A stretch of 64,000 nt of DNA from Octopus vulgaris (taxonomy: Eukaryota). Each line of letters starts with the position of its first letter. Positions within the stretch are counted from its first letter, which is position 1. Shown piece by piece: positions 38,052 through 51,635 of the stretch. Location of the stretch: assembly GCA_951406725.2 (NCBI GenBank), contig OX597831.1:62992001-63056000 (forward strand), written 5' to 3'. The position numbers and the translations under genes are program-made. Under the pieces are notes generated by a model. That model saw only the letters and a list, made by a program, of their open reading frames with translations. It made no database searches and was not told the origin of the DNA.

Positions 38052-38721
38052 TATAGAACAAGAAATCCCACAAAGCAGAAGTGTACTTCTGAGGCCTTGG
38101 AAGGAAAGTCCTTTTAAATGGTACCGACAGTTTGTTTTTTTTGTTGTTTTTTTTAAGATCGAGAACCGCCAGACAATCACTGATCCCTGTTTGAATTTCT
38201 TTTGTGTCCATTGCATTGCCAAATAATCTGATACTCTTAGTGTTCATTGCGTTGTCTAGGTGGACTCCAAGTGTCTAAATACATCACGTCTTTATAATAA
38301 ACTGCACATTCCACAAGTGGCAAATGATTCGCGCGTGATACGCAAATGACATTTGTTGGCTGTTTGTGCTTTATGGACCGTACGAAGCATCCAACCTTTT
38401 TACGCTGGCTAAGGTCATCCAGTCCACATTCTCATGAGTAAGATAGCTGTTTCATAATAAGAAAATTAATGTATTTTTTATTATTTAAGCGATTTTATTT
38501 ATATAACCGTCCAACAAACATGTCTCGGAATTATTAATGAATGTGTTCTGTCACTTGCGAAGCCATTGACTTCCTTTCCAATTGTACATAAAGTAAATTT
38601 ATTGTAAAATCACCCACTCTTCTCTGCGCTGTTGATTACGGTTGTATTTGCGGATTGATTGACAATAGGAAGGAAAGGTTTTCGCTGTTTACTATGATTG
38701 CATCACACAACAGCAGCAGCA

Positions 38722-39097
38722 GTGGAGGCGCAATGGCCCAATGGTTAGGGCAGCAGACTCGCGGTCGGAGGATCGCGGTTTCCATTCCCAGACCGGGCGT
38801 TGTGTGTGTCTATTGAGCGAAAACACCTAAAACTCCACGAGGCTCCGGCAGGGGGTGGTGGCGACCCCTGTTGTACTCTTTCGCTCCAACTTTCTCTCAC
38901 ACTTTCTTCCCGCTTCTTGTCCCCGACTTCCTAAGCAACCGCTGAGCCTGGATGCGCATTCATCCATCCGTCGATGCTCTCTGTGTCGGTGGTTGACCTG
39001 CTTTCTCTTCTGCGGGTCTTACGAATAGCAAAGGACCTCGTTTCGGACTTCTCCCATCTTGCGAGCTCTGGGACGAAGACCGTTCGCTCAACAGCAG
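38722..39097 (+). mobile_element. SINE family C, full length, tail T2
   Basis: Same head as 36111, different 3' ~190 bp; CAG-repeat context. Confidence 0.9.
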
Positions 39098-39110
39098 GTG
39101 TAGAAGAAGA

Positions 39111-39156
<46 letters not shown>

Positions 39157-39587
39157 AAGTGAAATGTGAAATGACCCGAGAGTAGTAATTGAACGCAGGT
39201 TTATGACTCTGCTCACCAAGAACATATAATTTTGCCTTCCTTTTCGACATATGGTGGTGGTGCCTCGTAGTTCTAGAGAGACGATTCTGCAATTTCTTGC
39301 TGAACAACCTACACAAATGATTTGATTATAGTGATCAAATGTACGTGCTGTACATTAGCTCACACGCGACATTAGATTGATGTTGTCTGAACAGGTGCAC
39401 CGTGACATGTGACAGGTGACAGGTGCCATGTGACAGGTGTCGAAGTGATTGCAAAGCAACATGAGATGAAATGTTTTACTCAAGAGCACAACGCACCACC
39501 CTCTCCAGGAATTGAAACTACGACTGTGAGTGCAACACACTAATCACTACCGCGCGCCCTTTACTTTCGGAGTATATATTACTTTTA

Positions 39588-39926
39588 GTGAAGGCGCATG
39601 GCTCACTGGTTAGAGCGTCGAGCTTACGATCGTGAGGTTGTGAGCTCCAATACCGGACCGGGCTGCGTGTTATGTCCTTGAGGAAGACACTTTATTTCAC
39701 ATTGCTCCAGTTCACTCAGCTGTAGAAATGAGTTGCGACATCACAGGTGCCAAGCTGTATCGGCCCCTTTGCCTTTCCCTTGGATAACACTGGTGGCGTG
39801 GAGAGGGGAGGCCAGTATGCATGGGCGACTGCTGGTCTTCCATAAAAAACAACCTTGCCCAGACTTGTACCTGGGAGGGTAACTTTCTAGGTGCAATTCC
39901 ACGGTCAGTCATGACCGAAGGAGGTC
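39588..39926 (+). mobile_element. tRNA-derived SINE family D (CORE-like central region)
   Basis: tggctcactggttagagcg A-box head; gtccttgaggaagacacttt...cagttcactcagctgtagaaatgag central domain; 14-bp TSD atatattactttta (39574-39587, 39930-39943). Confidence 0.9.
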
Positions 39927-40676
39927 GCAATATATTACTTTTAAACGCCATAAAAATGCGTCAGAAAAGAAAGGCTTTTTTTAAATAAAACCAATTGAAA
40001 TAAACTACAACTTCAATCTTCTAACTTATGTGGAAACATTGCTTCCTGCAAAAGAAATGGATAAAAAATGGTTATAAGTTCGATTCCCCTTTATGAGTTT
40101 GATTCCCCCTTGACAGTTTTTTTTTCTTAATACTGAGAAAGAAATTGAAAACCGAACCGCTTTATTAGTTTTCTTTCTTTCCCTTTCTTTATTTCTTTCA
40201 TTTTTTTTCATTTTTCAAACTTATTAAAATCGATGGTAAATTTAATTATGGTGCTTAGAAATATTTTCGTAGTTGAATAAGTCTCATAATTCGAATAAGA
40301 AAAACAAGTGGGAATATAGTGTGTTTAGAAATAAATAGAATGTATTGCAAATATTTGCAAATGTTGCAATCATTACAAGATATTTATCATACGATGAGCT
40401 GTAAACATTTCTAGTGAAAGAATCGTGTCAAAACCCGTTCGTGCAATTTAGATATACATAAGCAATTTGTCAATAAATCAGGGCATGGTATTCACAATTC
40501 TGGATGTAATAGAAAGTAATACACTCAGAAATGTAAATATTAGGTATAAAAAGAGAAGAAAGATATAGAAAGCAGAATAAAAGTAAAATTAAATACTGTA
40601 GCAGAAATTGCTATTGATCATTGCAAAATAGTGGTTGTCTTATGACTAGGTTAAATATGTAATTATAAAAACCACC

Positions 40677-41104
40677 GGATCTTTTCGGTTTGAACGGCAG
40701 TTTTTAACATAATTTCTAGGTAACTAAAAAAAATTAAACTTCGTATATTGGTAGAATGTGTTTATAAAACTTATTTTTCTCTTGGCTTTATTGAGAAAAT
40801 TCTATAGTTTGTAAGATATTTGTTGTTTTTTCTTCAATTTCTGCAATTTCAACCAATCATTGACGTCCATTGAAGTAAATAACATTCTGTGCCGTATGAA
40901 TATGTCTCTCGTTTAAGAAACAGATTGGATTTATTTACATTTGTGAAGAAAAAACATACCCTTCCCCCACCCCTAACCCTAACACTAACTAACCCTACCC
41001 TAAAACAGATTGAAATGCAATAGATCGATACTAGGGTCATAATTATGGATGGCAATTTCATATGACACCACTAGAAAAAACTTCCGTTCAAACCGAAAAG
41101 ATCC
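40677..41104. mobile_element. Second copy of the GG...CC MITE
   Basis: TIRs ggatcttttcggtttgaacgg / ccgttcaaaccgaaaagatcc; co-linear with 3523-3925; no TSD visible. Confidence 0.85.
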
Positions 41105-42929
41105 GGCTGTTCCTGTGAAATTCAAGTACTGCTCACTTTTGCCAGCTAGCCGAGTGAACTGCAGCAACGTGAAGTAAGGTATCTTGCGAAAGGATAGAAA
41201 GTGCCACCGGTTATCGAACAAGTGACTCTACAATCGTTAACACAATACCCTAACCACTGAACCACACTCCTTCAATCAGGTTTGTTCAATGACTGTCTCT
41301 ATCTTATTACCTTAGTGAAGAGTATCCCTGTGAGAAATTAAACAAAACAGGAAGAGATAAACTCAGATTTTATGCAAGTAGAATTAGGTAATGCGATTAT
41401 TTTTAAGTAAATTAAGGAATGGGATTATTTATAAGTGAAATTATGTAATGGGATTATCGGTAAGAAAATTATTGCTATACGATTAGAGTTACATGAATTG
41501 AATAATAGAAATTTGGTTTGGACAATATTCTTGTTAATTCTGAAAGTTATTCGTTCGTAGCGGCATTTGCTGTCTCAAAAAGTTTGCGAAGAATAGGATT
41601 AGTAGTTACGTTTGTGTGGGATGTGACAAAGGAAATGGGAGTTTTCAAGAGTTAGGATAACAAAAATATTCGAATACTAACAAATGAGTGCATACATGTA
41701 AGACCACACAAACCATTTGTGTGTGTGCGTGCGCGCGCGCGTGTGTGTGTGTATGTGTGTGTGTGTGTGTGTGTTGATTCAAGAGAAATTACAGTAAAGA
41801 CGCTTTCATATATAAATAATTATGTATGTGTGTATGTCCTGGGTATAACTTGAAGCTGCATCTTGTAGTGGGGCTGTGGTGCGTGTCATCGTGGTTTTGA
41901 GGTATCGAACCACCTCTGAATCACAATTGTTCCAAGGTTTACTCTGAGCCGGAGTAGGAGCGCCCTTCAAAAACCGAGCTGTGGGTTAATTAGTGCCGCA
42001 GGGGTTTGGGTGTCGATCGATGTGAGCTGGCCGATGAAGGTTTGTTTCTTTGGCTGCGTAAATAACTGAAGCGAACCCGTGGACGTTTAACTGAAATATC
42101 TACTGCGGAACAAAAAGTTATTTGATGTTGGTTATTTATGATGAACAATATTCATAATTGCTGACTGAGAGAGAGAAAAACTATCTTGAAATTAAGGAAT
42201 ACTCTCTGTTTGATAACATTTGGTCGATCCAAATTATACGAAGTCTTCTGCGTCTGCGAAAATATCGCTGGCGACAGAGATCCGTTGACCGTCTGCGCTC
42301 TAAACTACGAAAGAAACGATTTTTATTGGAAACAAGAGGTTTTATTCTAAACATTTGAGAAAGCGATATCACGCCACAGCTTCACGCCGATTGGTCCATT
42401 TATAGATATATCACGCTAAACTGTGGTGGTAACTCGAGGGGTCTGACTGAGTATCTAGCGGTTAGGCGTCGAATCACTGCTGCACGAGTATATGAGAAGA
42501 CATTCCATTTGAGCGTAGGGGTGGTTAGATTGAATACCCTTGTTTAGTGTCAAAGCACCTAACAAAATCAAATGTGAGTGAGGGAGTTTTAGCTGTCATC
42601 ACAGTATCCTTCTCGGAGAGGATAGCCCTGAAGTAAAACTGCGGTTACAGAGGATTACTAGTCATCTCATTTCGGTATGTGACTAGAACAACTCAACCCT
42701 GATGATCAGGGGATAATGTTCTACATATAGAGTCATATTTGTTCAGAGTAAAGAATTATTTCCATGATGAGAAATTAAAAGTACGGAAGGAAGCCAATTA
42801 AAAAGAACCATTAAAATTAAGTTCCAAAAATACAGCTAAGTTGTCTTGTACTAGAGGGCGTGAGCAATAAATTCTGACTTACAATGTACAATGTATACTA
42901 CACCAAAATCTCTATCACTCTCTTTTCAA

Positions 42930-42961
<32 letters not shown>

Positions 42962-43010
42962 ATTTACTCGATAGAAATGGATGCGTGGCATTCAATCAAA
43001 CAATAATATA

Positions 43011-43068
<58 letters not shown>

Positions 43069-43072
<4 letters not shown>

Positions 43073-43245
43073 GGTCCCGGGTTGATTCGGGGTTAACCAC
43101 AGTAAATAAGGTACTCAATACATAGCAGAGTAAAATTAATTATTATATAGAAGGAGCTACAGGACTTGTTTCATTCATCTTCAGAAGCTTCCTGAAGATT
43201 TCTCTTGAATAAAACAGTTCTAGTCCTTACAACTCCTTCTATATA

Positions 43246-43250
<5 letters not shown>
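43069..43250 (-). mobile_element. (TA)n-embedded element homologous to 14148-14292, with inverted duplication
   Basis: Left part is the reverse complement of 14160-14292; right part repeats its first ~70 bp forward, pivoting on gaagcttc. Confidence 0.7.
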
Positions 43251-43314
<64 letters not shown>

Positions 43315-44097
43315 TATATATATGTATATGTACACACACACACGCATATATATATATATGCATACATGGGTACAGGGCGTCCCAAACCGTAAGCAACATG
43401 AAATTCAAAAATAAGAGAGTTGAACATATAAACAATGAGAGAAACAGATGGAAAACAGGAAAAGTAACATAAAGAACGACCCTTCCTCAGTTGTCGGCTG
43501 TCCATCTACCCTCATTTCGAGCATAGAACGACAATATGAGTCTTCGAAGTGCAGTTGCTCCCACAAACCAAAATAAAATTTGAGATTTGCGGAGGATCAA
43601 AGTTGGTAACAATAATAGGACAGTGGAGACACACAAGGAAGTCAAGCGAAAACAAACATGGAGGATCGTTAGACCAGACGAAAGTAAAACAGCGAACCCT
43701 GGAGAATTATTCTCTTTATAACAAGAGGAAAGATAGAAGTGAAAGACAGATGGGATACGTGCGGTCTCTACGACAGCCGTGATGGAAAAGAGAGATCATC
43801 ACGTGAGGAAAAGAAAGATGGAAGATGGTCACGTGTGAGCAACGAGAGAGAGAGTGTGTAAAGGAGAAAGAGGGAGAGACAATTAGACAGACAGACAGAT
43901 AGATAGAAAGTAGTGTATTTATATAACGTATGTCAACTGATCGCGACTAAAATAAGTGGAAATTAATTTCTATCTATTACTCAGCAGTATGTCTGGGACA
44001 TTACGCTTTAGACTTCACGCGTCTTTCTAAGTATGCTCATCAAACGGTGTTGTGGCGGTGATTCTACGCATAACTGCTAAATACTTGGGCAGATACC

Positions 44098-44326
44098 TAT
44101 TTCTTTACTACCCACAAGGGGCTACACAGAGAGGACAAACAAGTACAGACACACCGATTAAGTCGATTACATCAACCCCAGTGCGTAACTGGTACTTAAT
44201 TTATCGACCCCGAAAGGATGAAAGGCAAAGTCGACCTCGGCGGAATTTGAACTCAGAACGTAACGGCAGACGAAATACGGCTACGCATTTCACCCGGCGT
44301 GCTACCGTTTCTGCTAGTTTGCCGCC
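44098..44326 (-). mobile_element. SINE family B
   Basis: Full copy; 13-bp TSD ttggg(c/g)agatacc. Confidence 0.9.
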
Positions 44327-44985
44327 TTGGGGAGATACCACGTGTTGACCACCAGCAAGAATGCAAACTGTATGGGCCTTGAAATAAAAGGGGCTATACT
44401 TCAAAATAAATTGAGAGAGAATCAATAAAAGCTGACCTTGAAGTTGATCTGTTAAAATTATATGAAAATCAATGTTCCAAAAAAAAAATGGTAATTTTTA
44501 AATGATAAGTATTATTCAGCTGAAGATAGTAAAGCCATAACCTATCGAAATTGCCTTAAAATAATTATTTTGAATGAATGCAATGCATTGAAAGAGTTAT
44601 GCTATTTTATGACTCATTGCAATATCATATCAGATAAAACTGTCGAAGAAATAATTTGAGTAGGAGTTATCCAATCGAAATTGGTCTTCAAAATCGTGGA
44701 ATAAGTATTGAGAAAAATGGAACAAAAAACTAATCTATAAAATGTAACTGGCTGATTTTTTTGATAACACACTGTTGTTAAATGTTTTCTCTATAAGATG
44801 TCGTGTATTTAAGAAGAACACGAAACTGAGCAATATGCCAAAATAACAACAATATTATTGTGATCATAAGGAAGAATGGCTCATGGCTAATTTCAATAAT
44901 TAATAGAGAAGAAAACAATTGAGACAAGCAGAGAAATTATTTAAAACAACATAAGGAAGGATATTTCAAAATGATGCAGGAAGCG

Positions 44986-45279
44986 TGTAGCAGAAGCTGA
45001 CAACCTGGCCAACAACAGAGCTATACACTAACCTCTGCCGTCAGTGCATAAAACAACTGGTTATAAGAATTTCCTACGTTGTCATTTATAGACTGTAGAA
45101 AGCAGGGAATTGATCGGTGTGGTGGATTGGACAGAACAGCGAATTGGCTTTGACAGCTAGAGAGAGACAGATGCTTAGTTACTTCTAGTAAATAGTTACT
45201 TCTTTCTTCATTGTGTTCGAATAAAGAGATTTTTACTCTCAGCCGCTCTGCATCAGTAACTCAGAAAGTACCTGTTACA
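44986..45279 (+). mobile_element. Possible solo-LTR-like segment
   Basis: TGTAGCAG...CTGTTACA inverted termini and AATAAA at 45220; no TSD, and the 3' end is ambiguous because of the adjacent SINE insertion. Confidence 0.35.
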
Positions 45280-45285
45280 TGTGTG

Positions 45286-45797
45286 TGACCTCTTTCGGTC
45301 ACGAATGCTCATGGAATTCCACCTAGAAATTTACCCTCCGAGGTACAAGTCTGGGCAAGGTTGTTTATGGAAGCCCAGCAGTCGCCCACGCATACAAGCC
45401 TCCCCTCTCCACGCCACCGATGTTATCCAAGGGAAAAGCAAATGAGCCGATACAGCTTGGCACCAGTGACGTCGCAGCTCATTTATTAACATGTAAGTGG
45501 CTGAGCACTCCACAGACACGTATATCCTTAACGTAGTTCTCGAGGAGATTCAGCGTGACACAGAGTGTCGCTAGGCTGGCCCTTTGAAATACAGGTACAA
45601 CAGAAACAGGAAGAATGAGTGAGAGAAAGTTGTGGTGAAAGAGTACTGCAGGGTTCACTACCAACCCCTGCCGGAGCATCGTGGAGCTTTAGGTGTTTTC
45701 GCTCAATAAATACTCACAATGCCCGGTCTGGGAATCGAAACCGCGATCCTATGACCGCGAGTCCGCTGCCCTAACCACTGGGCCATTGCGCCTCCAC
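45286..45797 (-). mobile_element. Chimeric SINE: family C head and T1 body fused to family D 3' half
   Basis: 45797-45482 matches 36111-36423; 45481-45286 matches about 39726-39926; TGTTAC duplicated at 45273-45278 and 45801-45806. Confidence 0.85.
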
Positions 45798-46926
45798 ACA
45801 TGTTACGTCCCCGAACGAATATAATTTATTACGTCTTTCTCACAAATGTGTTCAAGCTGGACATCATGAAAAACCATGTCTAGTGCAACAAACAATGAGA
45901 ACCAATATAAATCCTGCGTCGAAATAAGTGCATTTTGCATGTGACACCGAAGTTATTGACAAACGTATAAAAACTTTGTCATTTTTACCCACTCCGTGAA
46001 AACGAGCAATATGATGTAGATGTATGCAGCCAAAATAAACAGAAAAACATTGGAGCAAAAGAAAAAGGTAGCGAGTGAAATAGACCAAGAAGAAAGCACG
46101 CAGTGAACCTCATTTAAAACACATTTTACTACACGAATATTATTCAGGTGTTCGATAATGACTTTGAGAAAATATGAACGCCAGAATATCTCACTTCTAT
46201 TTCTCCTTTAAATATATTTCTTACGTGTCTTAGTCAAAAGAAACCAAATGTTAAAGTAAACAAGACTGAAGTGAGCGTTTGAAAGAATCAATAAATAAGG
46301 AGTATATGGAAAAAGTAACAAAGTGTGGGCGAATCTTATCTTTTCATTTAGCTCTACTTCAATCAGATCTCATAGTCTGAGTTAGTTTTCCACATAGATA
46401 TCGACTTTCGTTTCTATCAGCATTTAGACACTACTTGTTACATTTCATTTTTTTCTTTTTTTTTTATACATATCACGTAATATTGATGGCCAATAAAACA
46501 ATAAATAATTAATACATCTTGAACACTCTTCTCCTTATCTTCTAACACAATGGTTACAGCATATTTTGATGCAGACAGACACTAATCTGATAATTCATTT
46601 TTTTTCTCTCTCGTTCTTAATATTGATAAATAAAAATGAAAAGTATTTCGCTAGCTTTCTATCAATATATATATATATGTATGTATATATATATATATAT
46701 TTACACATACATACGTATATATATATATATATTTATTTAAATATATATACATATACGCGTGTGTGTATGTATATATATATGTGTATATGTATGTGTATAT
46801 ATATATATATGCATACATATATATATGTATGAATGTGTGTACTTATATACATATGTATGTGAGTGTATATTCTTAGATAGATACATAGACAGCTAGATCG
46901 ATAGATAGATAGATAGACAGACAGAC

Positions 46927-46992
<66 letters not shown>

Positions 46993-47399
46993 GTAGATAG
47001 ATAGATGAATAATATGTGTATTTATGTCTGTATGTGCATATAAAATAAGTATTTGGCTACCTTTGAACAAACTAATCAGTACAAGAGTAGAGTATAATCC
47101 TGGTTTCAAATTTTGGTACAAATCCAGAAATTTTCGGGAAGTGGCTAAACCGATTGCATCGACCCCAGTGCTCAAACGGTACGCATTTTATCTGTACGGA
47201 AAGGATGAAAGGCAAAGCCGAACTCGGTGGAATTTGAACTCAGAACCTCTAGACGGACGCATGTCTTTCTAGTTATACTTCCCTAATAAGACTTTGATAC
47301 TAGAAACAACAAAAATATTTCCAACAGCAATAGAGAAGAAAAAGTTGTACTAAATGAGGAAAAACAGCCCATATTATTCTTCAGGGGGAGGAGACAGTT

Positions 47400-47745
47400 G
47401 ATTAGATCGACCCCAGTACGAAACTAGTACTTAATTTATCGACCCCGAAAGGATGAAAGGCAAAGTCGACCTCGGCGGTATTTGAACTCAGAACGTAAAG
47501 ATATACGAAATATATATTTCTTTATTGCCCACAAGGGGCTAAACATAGAGGGGACAAACAAGGACAGACAAAGGGATTAAGTCGAGTACATCGAGCCCAG
47601 TGCGAAATTGGTACTTTATTTATCGACCCCGAAAGGATGAAAGGCAAAGTCGACCTCGGCGGAATTTGAACTCAGAACGTAACGGCAGACGAAATACTGC
47701 TAAGCATTTCGCCCTGCGTGCTAACGTTTCAGCCAGCTCGCTGCC
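47400..47745 (-). mobile_element. SINE family B, head-to-tail partial dimer
   Basis: Full unit 47515-47745 joined to a second unit at cgaaata|ta|tatttc (~47512). Confidence 0.8.
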
Positions 47746-49020
47746 TATTATTAAACCAGCCCATATTACTGATTAGATAGGATGGGGATATTAGCAACGA
47801 TATTTCGCAATCGTTCCTTGTAATACAGAACAGATGTACCTGTCATACTGTGCATGGAAATTATCTGCGTGACAGAGACATGTAACTGAAGAAAATATCC
47901 CTTTATGCACGAACTATGTTCTCGATGCAATGTTGGAAAATAGGCCCATGAGATGTTTGGAGCGATATCTAATCTATCCGTAGAAGTAGGTTTTATAGGA
48001 CTGAATGTAAGGTATTTCGAGATTGTCAATAGCACAAAATAGTAGGGCGAATTAGAGCTACCATAAGGCTTGCACCACAGTACCACACCTGTGTTACGGT
48101 GAACTATACTAGTGTTGATATTACCCTTTATCATAACCTCCACTTTGGCACATTATTCATTGAAGTAACGAGAAATGACTTGTGATTGATTAGATCTATA
48201 CAGACAGGCAAATTGTTATGACACCCGAAGACCTCAGAACATTAGGGACCTGCACTCCTTAGTACGTGTGGGAGGAGGATCAATGAAACTCGTGTACGTG
48301 TCAAAGTAATAGCTATTTGAATTCATGGTGGCCGGAAAAGCTTAAAACAAAACCAAGAGGATAACAGTCGAGACAACAGCAATATGATCACACATTACAA
48401 AGCACCCAACTCGAATCACCAACGTTGGCGCCGCGAGAAGTAGCAGAAGAAATATTCTCGCCTACATCAGAAAACTAATATCAGAGGACTAATCATCTAA
48501 CCATAACTAACAATGCCATCCCATTGCAGGTGATAATGGGGTGATGGATGGATACACATCAGAGAGAGTGCTGAAGCGTAGAGAAAATGAATTTACAAAA
48601 AGATAAAACAGCGCTAAAAGGAAATGTGCACCCAGAGAGAGACCAAGATGAATGAGCGTCGAGAAGCAGAACCACTGGTATGTATTGCAAACTAATTACT
48701 GATTAGCGATCTTTCAAGATCGTAACTTTCAAGATCTCGGAAAAGATCAAGTGCAGATTTGTGAAGGACTGCGATTATGCTGAGTGTATAAGAAATAGAG
48801 TCAGTGAAAACCACGGTACAATGAAATTAACAGCTGCACTTACTATCAGGAGGACTACGGCTACTTCTCTCACGTTCCGAAACTCGAGGTTTTCACGGAT
48901 TCTTTCGGGACCCACTCGATGCCCAGTTCCTGAAAATGGACTATGTGGGAGCATTAGGGGATCGGTCTAATGGCGAAGTAATTTTTAAAACTGAAACGTA
49001 AACTGCAAGTAGACTAATCA

Positions 49021-49103
<83 letters not shown>

Positions 49104-49268
49104 ATATTCAAATATAAATTAGTCTGGCTTATAAAATATTCAAGTATAATGTTGCACGGAACAATAGCAAATTATATGTGTGTTTGTGTGTGTGTGTATG
49201 TGCGTGCGTGTGTGTGTATGTGCGTGTGTATGTGTGTGAGTGTGTATGAGTGTGTGTGAGTGTGTTCT

Positions 49269-50329
49269 TATTACTTCCGCCTTAGCGAAGGCGGGGTTAT
49301 TGTTTCAGTCGTGTATGTTTGTTTGTTTGTTTGTCCGTGAACAAGATATCTCAAGAACAGCTGGATGGATTCGGATGGAACTTTCAGGCATGTTTGGCTT
49401 CGTGACTGACACGAACTGATTAGATTTTGGGACCGATCCGGAACCGGACAAGGATTCTGGATTATTTGTTATATTTACTTTACTTTACACGAAGTCTTAG
49501 GATCTTACGGACTATCAAGTCTTTCTCTGATTATCTCCCTTGAAAGCACGCTCATGGTTTCTCCCTAAGCTATGGTGGTGTTGCTCTTTCCAAAGATTTA
49601 TTTTCGTTTCTCTATTATTAATTTTACACTCGTCTCTATCTTAATAGAAACTGATGGATAACGAAATCAAACTACATAAACAAATGTTAGCGAAACCGTT
49701 AAAAAATTAAATAACACTAACATATTCACTAACAATAATAAATTTAATTTATCCTGAACAATTTTTAGTTTTACCAATTTTGAATATACGCTCCTTTTTA
49801 TAACCTCTTACCTACTTGACAATTGCATTTCTAGCTCTGCCTTGAGGAAAGCTTTATTTCTTGGACTCACGTTTTTGTATACAACGATGTTGTTAAACCC
49901 CCGTTGACAGCACCGTATGCAGGTCCTTTCCGTTTTCTTTCACGCACGAATACATTTTTCACTATAGCCCTTAATCGTCGTACATACGTTATATCAGTTG
50001 TTAGACTAAAAAAGGTCTTCATAGAGAAAACTGTCCTGTTCCCACTGCAGACGGCACATACACATCATTAAAAACATGGCCTGCACACCACATTCATATT
50101 CTATGAATACCATTGGAATCGATCAGGTACGGATCAAGGATTCTGGGTTATTTTTCCAGTTTCTTCACTTAATTTTTGAGAGCTGTCTGCTTCATTTTTA
50201 GTATTCTTGTTTGTGAGAGCAGTCGAGGTTGTTTCAGATATTCTCATTTTGAAAATCATCTCCGGCTAAATGTTGGGAGGACGTTAGGGTTGCCTTGGCA
50301 AAGGTTTGCGCTCTCTGAGTGCTCTTGTT
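49269..50329 (+). mobile_element. Helentron-associated non-autonomous element (HINE/DINE-like)
   Basis: 5' ttacttccgcc sub-terminal motif with hairpin ccgccttagcgaaggcgg, (GTTT)n tract, 3' ggcaaaggt plus hairpin gcgctc-tct-gagtgc then cttgtt; TT context. Confidence 0.6.
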
Positions 50330-50366
50330 ATTAATATTATTATCATTATCATTATTATTATTATTA

Positions 50367-51212
50367 TTCAGTAGTTTTATTTTTTTAGCGTGCTTTCACT
50401 TCTCTACCGAGCGCAGCTCTGTGTGCCTTGGGTATGTGCTGTGATTTGTTGTGATGCTCTGATGGTTATTGTATGGAAAGTGTTCTGCGTAGGATGTGTG
50501 CGGTGCCTAGTAGTGCAATTTTCTGTATGTTATATGTGTTTGTAAATCCTGGTGTTTTTGTTATGTATTTGTCTGAATATTTTTTATCATGCCTAATGCA
50601 CCTACTATGATAGGAATTGTTTCTGTTTTTAGATTCCACATTCTAGTTACCTCTATTTCCAGATCTTTGTATTTTGAGAGTTTCTCCATTTCTTTTAGAG
50701 ACACGTTGTCATCAGCCGGTATTGATACATCAATTAGAAAGCATTTTTTTCTTCATGATCTCTGACAACTATATCTGGTCTGTTGGCCTTAATTTCTCTA
50801 TCTGTGTGTATCGGCATATGCCCAGAGTATGGTTGCTTTCTCGTTTTCTGTGACCTTTTCTAGGTGTGCCTATACCAACTTTTTTCTGTTGTTATTCCAT
50901 AATGTTGGCATAGCTTCCAATGTATGTAGGTTCCAACTCTGTCATGTCTGTGAATATATTCCTTCTTAGCCAGGACTGGGCATCCAGAGGTAATATGATT
51001 TATTGTTTCTTGTCCATCTCCACATATTCTGCAGTTACTTGTTATATTTGTTTTCATTACATGTTTTTGGTAATTTCTGGTGGGGAGGCTTTGGTCTTGA
51101 GCTGCAATTAAAAATCCCTCTGTTTCTGCTTTGAGTCCTGAGCTTCTCAACCATTGCTGGGATTTTTCTGTCTATTTCTTTTGCATTTAGTTTAGTCCAG
51201 TATTTAGGGGCT
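50367..51212 (-). mobile_element. R4/Dong-like non-LTR retrotransposon, longer 3' fragment (CCHC knuckle + REL endonuclease)
   Basis: LKAETEGFLIAAQDQSLPTRNY...CRICGDGQETINHITSGCPVLAKKEYIHRHDRV; 3' ~440 bp nearly identical to 24990-25434; 3' end abuts (TAA)n. Confidence 0.9.
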
Positions 51213-51245
51213 TTTCTTCTTCTTCTTCTTCTTCTTCTTCTTCTT

Positions 51246-51313
<68 letters not shown>

Positions 51314-51388
51314 GATTATGATTATTATTATTATTATTATCATCATCATCATCATTATCATCATCATCATCATTATTATTATTATTAT

Positions 51389-51431
<43 letters not shown>

Positions 51432-51507
51432 AGTGATGCTGGTGGTGGTAGTAGTAGTGGTGGTGGTGGTAGTAGTAGTAGTAGTGGTGGTGGTGGTGGT
51501 GGTGGTG

Positions 51508-51550
<43 letters not shown>

Positions 51551-51560
51551 CAGCAGCAGC

Positions 51561-51605
<45 letters not shown>

Positions 51606-51635
51606 TGGTTGCTTGCTTGCTTGCTTGCTTGCTTG
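51213..51635. repeat. Compound microsatellite (TTC/TTA/TCA/TAG/TGG/CAG, then GCTT)
   Basis: Directly visible. Confidence 0.95.

Noticed and set aside
41880-42450. Possible PLE N-terminal ORF remnant (minus strand)
   Set aside because: Only vague similarity; not supportable without a search.
47770-48970. Possible old LINE or LTR coding remnant
   Set aside because: No diagnostic motif recoverable by eye.
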